A stretch of 63,369 nucleotides of DNA, filler included, from Theionarchaea archaeon (GCA_018992565.1; 4 parts of 4 records of this genome joined end to end with filler, not necessarily neighbours in it); one strand, 5' to 3'; shown: positions 49,496 to 59,298, numbered from the whole stretch's first letter. The notes: generated from the letters alone by a model not told the origin. Translations and numbers: made by a program.

Positions 49496-50725
49496 TCATT
49501 CATAGATTTTCTCGTCTGCATCTGCCTCCTGAGCATCCATTTCCACATTCCGGACTGTCACGCCAGGAGACAAGACCTCCCTGTAATACTCATGCTGTAT
49601 GATCAGATTCATGACCTCATTGGTACCTGTCCAGATCATCATTAATCGCGCATCTCTTAGCATCCTCTCGATAGGGTACACGTTGGTATACCCAATTCCA
49701 CCCAAGATCTGCATGGCATGATTCACGATTTTCCATGCTGTGTCAGTGGCACACTTCTTGGCCTCGGATACAAGCCTGCGAGTGTACCCAGTTCCTCCAT
49801 GTCTATCAACTGCTACCGCTGCCCCGTGCACCAGTCCCGAAGCTGCATCCAGCAAAGTAATACTGTCAGCAACCTTGAAGGAAACCCCTTCGAACTTGCG
49901 GATAGTCTGTCCAAATGCCTTCCTTCTATCACTGTACCGTGCTGCAGTTTCTAATGCTGCTCTGGCTAACCCGAGAGCTCCTGCCGCAGAGGTCATCCTC
50001 TCAGGAATCATCATCTGGTAGAAGATATCTGAGCCCTTACCCTCTCCATAGAGCAAGTTTTCTGCAGGGACCTCAGTATCCTTGAATACCAGTCTCCCTG
50101 CACCTCCTCCTCTGGTGCCCATGAGTCCATACAGGTATTCCACCTTGACGCCCATGTCTCTCTCCACAATAAAGGTGCTCAAGGAGGTTCTGGGATCACC
50201 TTTTCCAGTCCTGGCATAGACGAGAAAGATGTCTGCACCTTCAGCTCCCACTACAAACCGTTTCTGTCCGTTCAGAATGTAGTGATCTCCCTTCCTGACT
50301 GCTTCGGTAGTGGTTCCAAAGAAATCACTGCCGCCTCTGGGTTCTGTCAAGGCTTCTGCACAGCATGTGTCTCCTCGTATCAATGGTTTCAGATACGTCT
50401 GTTTTTGTTGTTCTGAGCCGAACGTGTGGAGCGCCTCTCCCACAATACTCGCCAGAGAATAGAGACAGGCCAGAGAGGCTCCTAAAATGCCAACTTCTTC
50501 TAAGGCCACGATTTCGTCCTGCCATTGTAGCCCTCGTCCATCATACATATTGTCAAATCTGAGACCAAGAAGGTTTCTGCGGGCTGCTTCAGTCACATAT
50601 TCTCTGGGATAGGTCACCTTATCAGAATCCATGTCAAGAAGGAGTCGTCGGGGAACCCACTTCACAAAATCTCGAACTTCATCACGGAGGTTCTTTTGGG
50701 GCTCTGTCAAGAAAGCTTCAATCAT
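49496..50725 (-). CDS. Acyl-CoA dehydrogenase
   Basis: [39 protein letters not shown]. Confidence 0.95.
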   Translation of the reverse strand: MIEAFLTEPQKNLRDEVRDFVKWVPRRLLLDMDSDKVTYPREYVTEAARRNLLGLRFDNMYDGRGLQWQDEIVALEEVGILGASLACLYSLASIVGEALHTFGSEQQKQTYLKPLIRGDTCCAEALTEPRGGSDFFGTTTEAVRKGDHYILNGQKRFVVGAEGADIFLVYARTGKGDPRTSLSTFIVERDMGVKVEYLYGLMGTRGGGAGRLVFKDTEVPAENLLYGEGKGSDIFYQMMIPERMTSAAGALGLARAALETAARYSDRRKAFGQTIRKFEGVSFKVADSITLLDAASGLVHGAAVAVDRHGGTGYTRRLVSEAKKCATDTAWKIVNHAMQILGGIGYTNVYPIERMLRDARLMMIWTGTNEVMNLIIQHEYYREVLSPGVTVRNVEMDAQEADADEKIYE

Positions 50726-50758
50726 GTATTCACCGTGATGGATTACTCTCGAAGGGTA

Positions 50759-51289
50759 TTAACGTTTTTTGATTCTGACCCATCTTGAAACCGAGTCTCG
50801 TAATCTCGAGATGCTCTTGCCGAAAAAGAGTGATATCATTTTGGTAAATATGGCATACAGTTTGTTATTCTTCTTTTGATCTGTGAGATTATCAAGAGTT
50901 GACCCAGAGTGAAAGTCGTTGCTCACATAGCGAAATGACTGGGGTGGCACAAAATCCTCGGAGATCACGTTAGGGTCTACGGGTTCATCAAATGCCTGAA
51001 CCTCTTTGATTTTGATGGCAAAAGCCTTCTCTTTGTTCTCGAAATAGCCGAAGTATTCTTCTCTTGAAAGTCCTGCACCAGAAGAACACTCTTCCCAAAT
51101 CATTTCAACAGTTCCTTCAATTATCTGTTCTATTCTCAGAACACCTACTATCCTTTTGACGGGAGAGGTAGAATATATGTAAATGCTCTCTACATCTTTC
51201 CTGAAGATCCTTCTTCTGAATTCATACTTTTTCTCCCCGTCCAGGATTCTTTCTGCGTAACATGGTCTAATTGAAAGCAAAACGTTCAT
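50759..51289 (-). CDS. ASCH/PUA-domain protein
   Basis: LLSIRPCYAERILDGEKKYEFRR, IYSTSPVKRIVG, PPQSFRY. Confidence 0.9.
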   Translation of the reverse strand: MNVLLSIRPCYAERILDGEKKYEFRRRIFRKDVESIYIYSTSPVKRIVGVLRIEQIIEGTVEMIWEECSSGAGLSREEYFGYFENKEKAFAIKIKEVQAFDEPVDPNVISEDFVPPQSFRYVSNDFHSGSTLDNLTDQKKNNKLYAIFTKMISLFFGKSISRLRDSVSRWVRIKKR

Positions 51290-51425
51290 CAATGCCACCT
51301 TTTTTCTTTAGAAGTCTATATCCGCCTTCCTCAATCTGAATTATCGTCTGAGGTGCAGAGCGCAGTATTCTTTCTTTTACCAATTCCTTTATGTCCAACG
51401 GATTCTTGAGGTGAAAGTGATGCCT
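51267..51425 (-). CDS. C-terminal fragment of probable GNAT/PUA(EVE)-type protein (scaffold edge)
   Basis: Hand translation RHHFHLKNPLDIKELVKERILRSAPQTIIQIEEGGYRLLKKKGGIDERFAFN*; overlaps the ASCH start. Confidence 0.5.
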   Translation of the reverse strand, partial: RHHFHLKNPLDIKELVKERILRSAPQTIIQIEEGGYRLLKKKGGIDERFAFN

Positions 51426-51525
51426 NNNNNNNNNNNNNNNNNNNNNNNNNNNNNNNNNNNNNNNNNNNNTTAATTAATTAANNNNNNNNNNNNNNNNNNN
51501 NNNNNNNNNNNNNNNNNNNNNNNNN
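51426..51525. other. Artificial scaffold join
   Basis: N-TTAATTAATTAA-N spacer. Confidence 0.97.
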
Positions 51526-51526
51526 T

Positions 51527-51595
51527 AACTCCTACGTTGTGTGGTACGGTTACGACGGGAATGATTGGGAGATATACTTTGTTGTCCCTTCCTGA
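51527..51595 (+). CDS. C-terminal fragment of a beta-propeller repeat protein
   Basis: NSYVVWYGYDGNDWEIYFVVPS* matches the VVW...D.EIY blade consensus. Confidence 0.55.
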   Translation, partial: NSYVVWYGYDGNDWEIYFVVPS

Positions 51596-51955
51596 TAGCA
51601 CAACATACTCCTGGAGACTTCACTCTCGTTCATTGATTGTGTTCCATGCAAGGTAACCGCGTTCGATGACGTATCTTGGAACCGTTACAGTGGCAGGAAA
51701 CTTCATACCCCTGTAAAAACGGGCGTAATTGATCTACATGAAGAATATCTGTTTTCTTTTCCTTTTTCTTTCTTATCCGGAGTGTTACTGTCGGGAAACC
51801 TCACTATTTATCCTCTTGAGAATTTCATAGAGTACAGGAAAATACCAACATCATTTATATTCATGAATAGTAAATTTCTTCTTGAATAGAGATAAGAGAA
51901 AGGAACCTATCAAAAGTAAAGCACATATTTATAATATATCAAAAAGAGTCAATCC

Positions 51956-53047
51956 ATGGGAAAGATCCTCCTGACCGAAAAGGAGAAGGAGCTGCTGACT
52001 CTCATAGGCAGATCTCCGCAGGTCACCACCAAGGGACTGGTCCAGTCTGCCCAGTACAAGCGGTCAAGCAGCATAGCACGGAAAATTGGGCAATTCAAGA
52101 TGCGCAACATGCTGCGCGGTCCCTTCTATGATCTGGATTTTGGCAGGCTGTCCAGGAACACCCTCTCCATACTCGTGTGTATCATAGAATTTGACCAGGA
52201 CTATGAGACTGTCATCTCTTACTTACAGTTGATTGAAACCCTCAGGTACGTGTATCCCGTTCTATCTCCCCATAAAGAGCTACTGAATGCAATTTTCATC
52301 TCCTCAGATAATGCAGCAACAGCTGACCTTCTCCAGCTGCTCAAAGATAATTACATTATTACAGAGTGTATTATCCGTCCCTACTCCCACAGGAGGGGAC
52401 TGGAAAATCCTGATCTCTTTGGAGATCCAGATCCTCCCCTGGACAACTTGCTGGAGCCCTGTGATATGCCAGATCTGTCCTTTGGATCTCACAGTACTAC
52501 CTGGAATGCATGTGATATCAGCATTCTCCCCTATCTGCAGGCCGGATACGGAGATTCACGGTTGATTGAAATTCTGAAGGCAGAGAGAAAAGACAATAAC
52601 CTGTTGAAATACGACCAGATAAAATATTCACGGAAAAAGATGCTTGAGAAAGGGCTCATTAGAGAAAGATATGTTGTGTATCCATTTCCATACCCTGAAT
52701 GTGTTGACTTTGAGCTCTTCATGAAGACTGAAGACATTGTACTGACCCGGAGAATACAGCACAACTTTGCCAGAGGAGCACGACTGCTCAAAGAGTATTC
52801 ACTGTGCGGAGGCTGGGGACGGGTGGGTATCATATCTCATCCCCGCTTTCTGACCGGATTGATGCAGAAACTGGATGCCATTGACGAGATCACACGAAAA
52901 GAGCTGTATCAACTTCGTTCTATCCCTGACAGAGGACGCACTTTTGACCGCCCCCTGGTGTTGACATACTTCGATCTTGAAAATCAAACCCTGAAGTATC
53001 CCTATCACCAGTATGAGAGGAAGATCAAAGAGAAATTAGAAGAGTGA
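51956..53047 (+). CDS. Tandem wHTH/Lrp-like protein, putative regulator
   Basis: LTEKEKELLTLI...SSIARKIGQF and WNACDISILPYL...IKYSRKKMLEKGLI, each followed by an alpha/beta region. Confidence 0.55.
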   Translation: MGKILLTEKEKELLTLIGRSPQVTTKGLVQSAQYKRSSSIARKIGQFKMRNMLRGPFYDLDFGRLSRNTLSILVCIIEFDQDYETVISYLQLIETLRYVYPVLSPHKELLNAIFISSDNAATADLLQLLKDNYIITECIIRPYSHRRGLENPDLFGDPDPPLDNLLEPCDMPDLSFGSHSTTWNACDISILPYLQAGYGDSRLIEILKAERKDNNLLKYDQIKYSRKKMLEKGLIRERYVVYPFPYPECVDFELFMKTEDIVLTRRIQHNFARGARLLKEYSLCGGWGRVGIISHPRFLTGLMQKLDAIDEITRKELYQLRSIPDRGRTFDRPLVLTYFDLENQTLKYPYHQYERKIKEKLEE

Positions 53048-53197
53048 CAGATTCCTACTTCTGGAGGAGTGGGTCTCGCATACCATGTGGCACAGATAAC
53101 TGTCAGAGTATTTCACATTTTTTTCCATTTTACTACACAAAAAATACTTATAATATTATTCTTTTCCCTGTTATAAAGGCAAAAAGGAGGTGAAAAA

Positions 53198-53560
53198 ATG
53201 AAAAAGAAATTGTATCTTGCACTTATGGGCGTAGCTGTTATATCTCTAGCCGTAGCAAGCGTAAGTGCCAGAACGTCTCCCTCCACCCCCCTGTACACGG
53301 TGAGAATGGAGCAGGCATCCAGTGAGTTGAACTTCTTGCCAACTGTCGTGAATGATTACAGCTATACTGCTGAACCGGGGTATAACCTGGACTATTACGT
53401 ACTGGGGAACGAAGGGGGTGCACCACTGCTGGAGACAGAATCCACCTGTGAAGGTTCCACCTGCCAGGAAACCTGCCCCCAGACGTGCCGCTACACATGC
53501 ATTGACACATGTCCCAAAACGTGTGCTACCTGTGCTCCCGAGTGTATTCCAAATCCATGA
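53198..53560 (+). CDS. Secreted small protein with C-terminal Thr-Cys repeats (RiPP-precursor-like)
   Basis: TATA-like ATACTTATAA, GGAGGTGA SD, signal peptide, core STCEGSTCQETCPQTCRYTCIDTCPKTCATCAPECIPNP, oligo-T terminator. Confidence 0.85.
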   Translation: MKKKLYLALMGVAVISLAVASVSARTSPSTPLYTVRMEQASSELNFLPTVVNDYSYTAEPGYNLDYYVLGNEGGAPLLETESTCEGSTCQETCPQTCRYTCIDTCPKTCATCAPECIPNP

Positions 53561-53587
53561 TTTCCTCTTTTTCTTTTTTTTATTTTG
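53561..53587 (+). terminator. Oligo-T terminator
   Basis: TTTCCTCTTTTTCTTTTTTTTATTTT after the stop. Confidence 0.6.
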
Positions 53588-54006
53588 ATCAGACGGTGGG
53601 CAGTTCTCGCAGTCCTGAATCCCCTGGGCACGTAAATGGGAAGAGTGACAGACGTCATAAACGATTATCAGTGAGACCCGAATCATAAGGACAGGTACAC
53701 AGTCACTCATCTCCTGTCAGAACCACATTCCCAGCAACTGGAACATTCCAGCTATAACCAAAGCATCATTCATGAAGTGGATGATCATGGGAACGTAATC
53801 ACACCAGATGCAGGNNNNNNNNNNNNNNNNNNNNNNNNNNNNNNNNNNNNNNNNNNNNNNNNNNNNNNNNNNNNNNNNNNNNNNNNNNNNNNNNNNNNNN
53901 NNNNNNNNNNNNNNGTCAGAACCACATTCCCAGCAACTGGAACATTCCAGCTATAACCAAAGCATCATTCATGAAGTGGATGATCATGGGAACGTAATCA
54001 CACCAG

Positions 54007-54090
54007 ATGCAGGTTAATGGCTATGCAATTGCCACAGGTAACAAGAAGCATTTTGAGCGAATTGAAGGGCTAAGAATATGGTCGAAATAG
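54007..54090 (+). pseudogene. VapC/PIN toxin C-terminal remnant
   Basis: MQVNGYAIATGNKKHFERIEGLRIWSK*; TxNxxHFxRIxGL is the PIN C-terminal motif; in-frame stop just upstream. Confidence 0.6.
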
Positions 54091-54811
54091 AACCTGCGCG
54101 TAAGGGTGCATCCGTTACATACTGAGTCTCCTGCAGAATTTTCATCATATTTCAAGCTCATCTGAAGCACTATCTCAGACGAGAGAGTTCTGACACCATC
54201 ATCCAAAAAATATAGAAGAAACGAGGATTTCTTATATGCGTTGAGAAGTCTGAGATTTTCAGGGGCAGGAAAAAATCCTGCAGTAATCCAGAATTCCTTT
54301 ATTATCCACGAAATCTCTCGTTGATGCTCCACACAGTGTACTGGTGCTGTAGGGCAAGGTTCTGGTGACATGGGCGTTCAAATCCTTTGTCCCTACAGCA
54401 CTATGACTTCTTCCTTCTTGCTTAATAGTCTTTCGGTTTTAATCTTGAGAAAAAAAGTGCATTTATAATAAACGCACGAAAAATATCTCCTCCATCCCCA
54501 AAATTTCCATATTGATGACAAAATTTACATTTATTCCCCCAGAGACTAGATGAACCCGGGGAACACAAGAAGAACCAGAATAGGATATCTGCGGTTTGAA
54601 CTGGCCAGCTGCAAGTCCACGGCATGTAACGAGGTGATTACAGCGGGAAAAGTATGATCCTGTTAGACTATTATAATTCGTAAAGAAGGAATTTTCAGGG
54701 TCGATTCCATTTTTACGTATGGGAGCGAGGAAGAGAGGACGGACAACATACAACCAAAAGGTTATTAAGATGAAATTCAGGTAGAACATACTCTCACGAA
54801 GGAGGCCGAGT

Positions 54812-56125
54812 ATGAAGAAAGGATTCATCGTTTTCACAGTCATACTAGGTTGTTTGTTGATAAGTGTTCATGGGAGAGGTGAACTGTCAGAATTCCCCCT
54901 TGTATCAGGGGAAAATGACCAGGAATCTCCTTCAATCTACAGCAACATTGTGATCTGGAGAGAGGAGAGAGATGGAACATGGGGTACCTACGGGCGTGAT
55001 CTCTCTACCCAGAGAGAATTTCATGTAACAGTTGAGGGAAGAGAACTGAGCAACCCGAAGATCTACGGTACTATTGTGGTGGGGACTGCAAGTGATACTG
55101 GGTATCAGCATGTCTATGGATACGATCTCTCCACTGGAGAAGGGTTCCGGATGTCCACAGTTGAGAGCAATAAACCTATGCTGGACTTTTTCGGCACTCT
55201 CGCAGTCTGGGAAGATGACAGGCATGGGTCCTGGGATATCTATGGATATGATGTTTCCACCAGGAAGGAATTCCGGATAACGGACGAAGACGCTCAGCAG
55301 TGGCAGCCTGCAGTCTATGGTGATATTGTCGTATGGGTTGATGATAGAGAGGATACCCACATATATGGATATAACGTGTCAACAGGAGAAGAATTCCAGA
55401 TAACGACAGATGATGCAGACCCATTCTCCCCTGCAATCTATGGGGACATTGTCGTCTGGGTTGATATGCGGAACTTTGACCTGGTGTACAAGAACTGGGA
55501 GCTCTACGGGTATGACCTCTCCACTCAGGAAGAGTTCAGGATAACAATGGGTATCAGTAACCCCAGTTGTCCTGAGATCTATGGTGACAGTGTGGTGTGG
55601 AACGATGACAGGCATGGTAACTGGGAGCTCTACGGGTACGACCTCTCCACCCGGAAAGAGTTCAGGATCACTACTGATGAGGTTGAACAATTCACGCATG
55701 AACTGTGGGGCAGCATGGTGGTGTGGAGCGATGACAGGAATGGCAACTATGATATCTACGGTCGTGACCTTGGAAATGACTGCAGGAGGTTCGTCCGTCA
55801 GGAGGGGGACTTCTTCCTGGAAAAAGGAAAGAATAAATGTGAAGAAGAAGAGTATGAATCTGCTCTCTTTCTTCTCCAGCTAGCGAAACAGAATTATCTA
55901 TATGCAGAAGCTGCGGAAAAGGCAGAAGAATGCGATGAGTGGATCCAGAAATGCCACAGAGAACCTGAAGGAATCTGTGGGGGGAGTCTTCTTCTCGTGG
56001 CTGTCCTGGGGGTCCTGGGGTTACGAAGAGAAAGAGAAAAAGAAAGAGAGCGGACTCCTGAACAGGGTGACATGCTGGGAACGACCCCCATGAGAAGGGA
56101 TACTGACAGCCGGAGGGATGAGTAA
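54812..56125 (+). CDS. Beta-propeller repeat cell-surface protein with C-terminal anchor
   Basis: Signal peptide; about seven P.IYG.IVVW.D.R.G..DIYGYDLST..EF.IT blades; TPR-like helix; GICGGS plus TM plus basic residues. Confidence 0.88.
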   Translation: MKKGFIVFTVILGCLLISVHGRGELSEFPLVSGENDQESPSIYSNIVIWREERDGTWGTYGRDLSTQREFHVTVEGRELSNPKIYGTIVVGTASDTGYQHVYGYDLSTGEGFRMSTVESNKPMLDFFGTLAVWEDDRHGSWDIYGYDVSTRKEFRITDEDAQQWQPAVYGDIVVWVDDREDTHIYGYNVSTGEEFQITTDDADPFSPAIYGDIVVWVDMRNFDLVYKNWELYGYDLSTQEEFRITMGISNPSCPEIYGDSVVWNDDRHGNWELYGYDLSTRKEFRITTDEVEQFTHELWGSMVVWSDDRNGNYDIYGRDLGNDCRRFVRQEGDFFLEKGKNKCEEEEYESALFLLQLAKQNYLYAEAAEKAEECDEWIQKCHREPEGICGGSLLLVAVLGVLGLRREREKERERTPEQGDMLGTTPMRRDTDSRRDE

Positions 56126-57297
56126 TGTTCAGAGCGGGAAAAAAGAGCGTGTCTGCACTGACTGCAGTTCTTTTCGTTATGATAATCTCTCAATCCACTG
56201 GGATAGAAAGAGAGGTTCCTCACATGCGATCCCTCTCAAGTTCTTTCTTGCATGACTCTCGCTCGGGAACAGAAATCCGGGAGTTCTGCTCTGTCATCAC
56301 TGCATCCAGTGGAGGGACTGTTTTATTCATGGGTAATGTAGATCTTCGATCGGGAAAAATTTCCGACAGAGAGCTTAAAGTGGAGTTCTTTTCAGCGGAA
56401 GAAGAATATGCATATGTAAAGCTGGGACGGCAGTGGCATGAGAAAGGATATGACACTCGATCGCCATGGAATGATTGGGTTCTCCTGAACGAGAAGGGAC
56501 TTGCTGCTGCAGGAAGTGGAGTCCCTCTCATGTCGCTAACTCCGCATCCTGAACGACCGTTCTCAGGATCTGCTCATCAGTTTGTGGTCAAAGCGATGAG
56601 AGAATGCTCGGATGTTGCAGGCGTGCTTGAACTGGCTCAAACCTTTGATTTCGGGGAAGAAATAGAGGGGCAGTACCACATTGCTGATGCCACAGGTGAT
56701 GCAGTGGTTATCAGCGCAGGAAGAGATGGCGAGCTGGCCTTTACCAGAAAGGACAGGGGAGATGGGTATCTGGTCTCCACGAATTTCAACCTCGCTGTTC
56801 CTGAACGTGGTACCTATCCCTGCTGGCGACATGAGACTGCAACCACGATGCTGGGAGAGGTTGGGGGCGAGAATGATCTCACTGTTGATTATGCTGCATC
56901 AATTCTGGATGCAATCCATGTTGAAGGGTTATGGGTGAATACTGCAGTATCTTACGTTTTTGATTTGAATAGTGGTGATATCTACCTCTACTATCTCCAT
57001 CGGTTTGAGGATGGTGCCAGAATGAGCTTTCAGGAGGAAATAGAAGAAATAAATGAGTCCTCTCTCTACTCTGCGTCTTTCTTCTCAGCCCCACTTGGTG
57101 AAGGCCTGCATTCTCGTTCCCATTACTTTTTTGACTTATTCTCGGAGGAGACATTAGAAGAGGCGAGATCTGAGATCCAGGACTATAAGAGAGAACGCTA
57201 TCTCTGCATAGTGGTGGCAGTCATTGCTGGTGCAATGGTAGTATCAGGACTCTTTTTGGTTGTTTATGGAAAGGTGAAAACCCGCCAGAAGAACTGA
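56125..57297 (+). CDS. Membrane-anchored Ntn-hydrolase (C45/C59-like Cys amidase)
   Basis: CSVITA...LFMGNVD, LNEKGLA, HIADATGDAVVI, STNF, CWRHE; signal peptide and C-terminal TM. Confidence 0.75.
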   Translation: MFRAGKKSVSALTAVLFVMIISQSTGIEREVPHMRSLSSSFLHDSRSGTEIREFCSVITASSGGTVLFMGNVDLRSGKISDRELKVEFFSAEEEYAYVKLGRQWHEKGYDTRSPWNDWVLLNEKGLAAAGSGVPLMSLTPHPERPFSGSAHQFVVKAMRECSDVAGVLELAQTFDFGEEIEGQYHIADATGDAVVISAGRDGELAFTRKDRGDGYLVSTNFNLAVPERGTYPCWRHETATTMLGEVGGENDLTVDYAASILDAIHVEGLWVNTAVSYVFDLNSGDIYLYYLHRFEDGARMSFQEEIEEINESSLYSASFFSAPLGEGLHSRSHYFFDLFSEETLEEARSEIQDYKRERYLCIVVAVIAGAMVVSGLFLVVYGKVKTRQKN

Positions 57298-57493
57298 AAT
57301 GGAAGTATCAGATGGTCTCTTCACTCTTCTTCTGGCACTGGCTCGAGAGCGAAATCACCCGGGTTTGCACAAAATCCACAAACCCAATTGTTAAGTATGT
57401 CTGTATGTAAGGAAGGAATCAGGAGAAGTCTATAGTCAAGCGAGTATTGACGAATCCTGTAACGATTGGTCTCTGGGCTGTCCTGGAAAAAGG

Positions 57494-57593
57494 NNNNNNN
57501 NNNNNNNNNNNNNNNNNNNNNNNNNNNNNNNNNNNNNTTAATTAATTAANNNNNNNNNNNNNNNNNNNNNNNNNNNNNNNNNNNNNNNNNNNN
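57494..57593. other. Artificial scaffold join
   Basis: N-TTAATTAATTAA-N spacer. Confidence 0.97.
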
Positions 57594-57688
57594 ACGTATT
57601 TTCCATCACGAAACGCGGCATCTGCAAGAATTTCAGAAGCTATTACAGCTCCCTGGCCACCTCGACCGTGAAATCTGATTTCGATCAC
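57594..57688 (-). CDS. Pyruvate/2-oxoacid:ferredoxin oxidoreductase gamma subunit, N-terminus only
   Basis: GTG start after [39 protein letters not shown]. Confidence 0.9.
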
Positions 57689-57896
57689 TTTGTAGCACCT
57701 CCTGCTATGGCCTACCTTATTATCTTTAAAATGGTTTCGGTAAAGGTCTAGAAATGCATGGGTGAAAAACGTATTATTCAATGAACATGTGTGAAGAATT
57801 CACAGTGTGCACGCGAAAGGCTCTCAAGGTCTCCATGACGAGCATTTGACATCACGGTGCAGTTATCTTTAAATATTTCGAGATATTGTTAAAGAT

Positions 57897-58424
57897 ATGA
57901 TTGAAATTTTCGACAAGCTGGCTAAACTGGATTTGAAGGAGATTTTGGGTTATGTCATTGAATCTGAAAAGGCAGCCAGAGTATTTTATCTGGACCTTGC
58001 CAAAAGTGCCCCAGGACTTGCTGCCATCAGGCTAGAAAACCTTGCCAGAGAAGAAGAGAAACACGAGAAGACTGTTCGTGAGGTATACAAGACGAAATTT
58101 GGAGATAAATCATACACTGTTCCCAAAGAACTTCCGCCGTTAGAAAGCTCTGCCAAGGTCACCACCGTTAACAGTCTGATCCATGCTCTGGAAACAGCTA
58201 TACACAACGAAGATAATGCCTACAGGGTTTATACTTACCTGTCCACCAAGGACAAAGAGAACCAGAACCTCTGGAAATATCTTGCATCCATGGAAAAAAC
58301 ACATTATGACATTGTAAAAACAGAGAAAGAGAGTTACGAAGCCCAGGTTGTAGAAGATTCATACCTACGGGATAAAACTCCTGGTGAACTCTGGATGGCA
58401 ATGTACCGATTCCCGCCCACCTGA
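57897..58424 (+). CDS. Ferritin-like/rubrerythrin-family diiron protein
   Basis: ESEKAARVFY, EEEKHE, HNEDNAYRVY, MEKTHY. Confidence 0.88.
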   Translation: MIEIFDKLAKLDLKEILGYVIESEKAARVFYLDLAKSAPGLAAIRLENLAREEEKHEKTVREVYKTKFGDKSYTVPKELPPLESSAKVTTVNSLIHALETAIHNEDNAYRVYTYLSTKDKENQNLWKYLASMEKTHYDIVKTEKESYEAQVVEDSYLRDKTPGELWMAMYRFPPT

Positions 58425-58506
58425 GGTACCCACTGGCGTATCATGGGTTCTTTGATTCTTCGGAACTGTTCCTCTTTCCATCCAGTATCTTTTTAACTGT
58501 TATACC

Positions 58507-59298
58507 GTGGAGAGCTTCATGAAAATCACTGATCGTGTATACTGCAGAATTGGTGAACAGGGGACCTCTAATATTGGATGGATACTGGGTGATGAATACT
58601 GCACCGTGGTGGACACAGCTATGACTCCCGAGGAGACCAGACAAGACCTGCAGGCTGTTGGTGAGACCACTGATAAAGACATACGGTTTCTCATCAATAC
58701 GCACTATCATCCAGACCACACCTTCGGCAACATGCACTTCTCTGAAATTATTGGGCATTCCTTCTGCTATGAAAAGCTCAAAGAAATGACTCCCTTTTAC
58801 ATGGAGGACGCAAAGAATGCTCAGAACAAAGAACGCTTTCAGGAATTCTTCATAAAGTTACCCACGCTCACCTTCAAGGAGAGAGTTACAATCCATGCAG
58901 AACCAGACATTGAGATTATTCACCAGGGAGGACACACGCCGGGAAGTGCAGTGGTGTATATTCCCGAGGAGAAGGTGCTGTTCAGTGGCGATCTGCTTTT
59001 TGCAGGATACCACCCTTACATGGGGGATGCAGATATCAACCAGTGGATCACGGCTCTACACGCGCTGCTTAGTTTGGAATTCAAGGCTATCATACCTGGA
59101 CATGGTGAGGTATGCGACAAGGAAGAGATCAAGCGTCATATCACCTACCTGCAGGCTTTCCTAGATACTATGAGGGACCTCAAGAAGAAATACAGCAAGG
59201 AAACACTGCTTGAGAAGCCCTACTTATTGGACCTCCCCCAACTGGGAAATGAAGAGCGAATCCGCAGAAATATTGACGCACAGTACCATAAGATTTAG
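58507..59298 (+). CDS. MBL-fold metallo-hydrolase
   Basis: NTHYHPDHTFGN, GHTPG, FSGD, IPGHG. Confidence 0.92.
   Translation: MESFMKITDRVYCRIGEQGTSNIGWILGDEYCTVVDTAMTPEETRQDLQAVGETTDKDIRFLINTHYHPDHTFGNMHFSEIIGHSFCYEKLKEMTPFYMEDAKNAQNKERFQEFFIKLPTLTFKERVTIHAEPDIEIIHQGGHTPGSAVVYIPEEKVLFSGDLLFAGYHPYMGDADINQWITALHALLSLEFKAIIPGHGEVCDKEEIKRHITYLQAFLDTMRDLKKKYSKETLLEKPYLLDLPQLGNEERIRRNIDAQYHKI

Noticed and set aside
10840..53560. SPASM enzyme as the maturase of the Thr-Cys peptide
   Set aside because: They lie on different scaffolds separated by artificial joins, so there is no linkage evidence.
53716..54013. Perfect 99-bp direct repeat (53716-53814 and 53915-54013)
   Set aside because: The copies exactly flank a 100-N gap, as expected for unmerged overlapping contig ends.
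54365..54395. Possible tRNA (GTTCAAATCC)
   Set aside because: The T-arm stem does not pair and no cloverleaf can be formed.
55200..55770. Repeated ~130-bp DNA units suggesting a CRISPR or tandem array
   Set aside because: They are in-frame coding repeats of beta-propeller blades; no repeat-spacer structure or cas genes.
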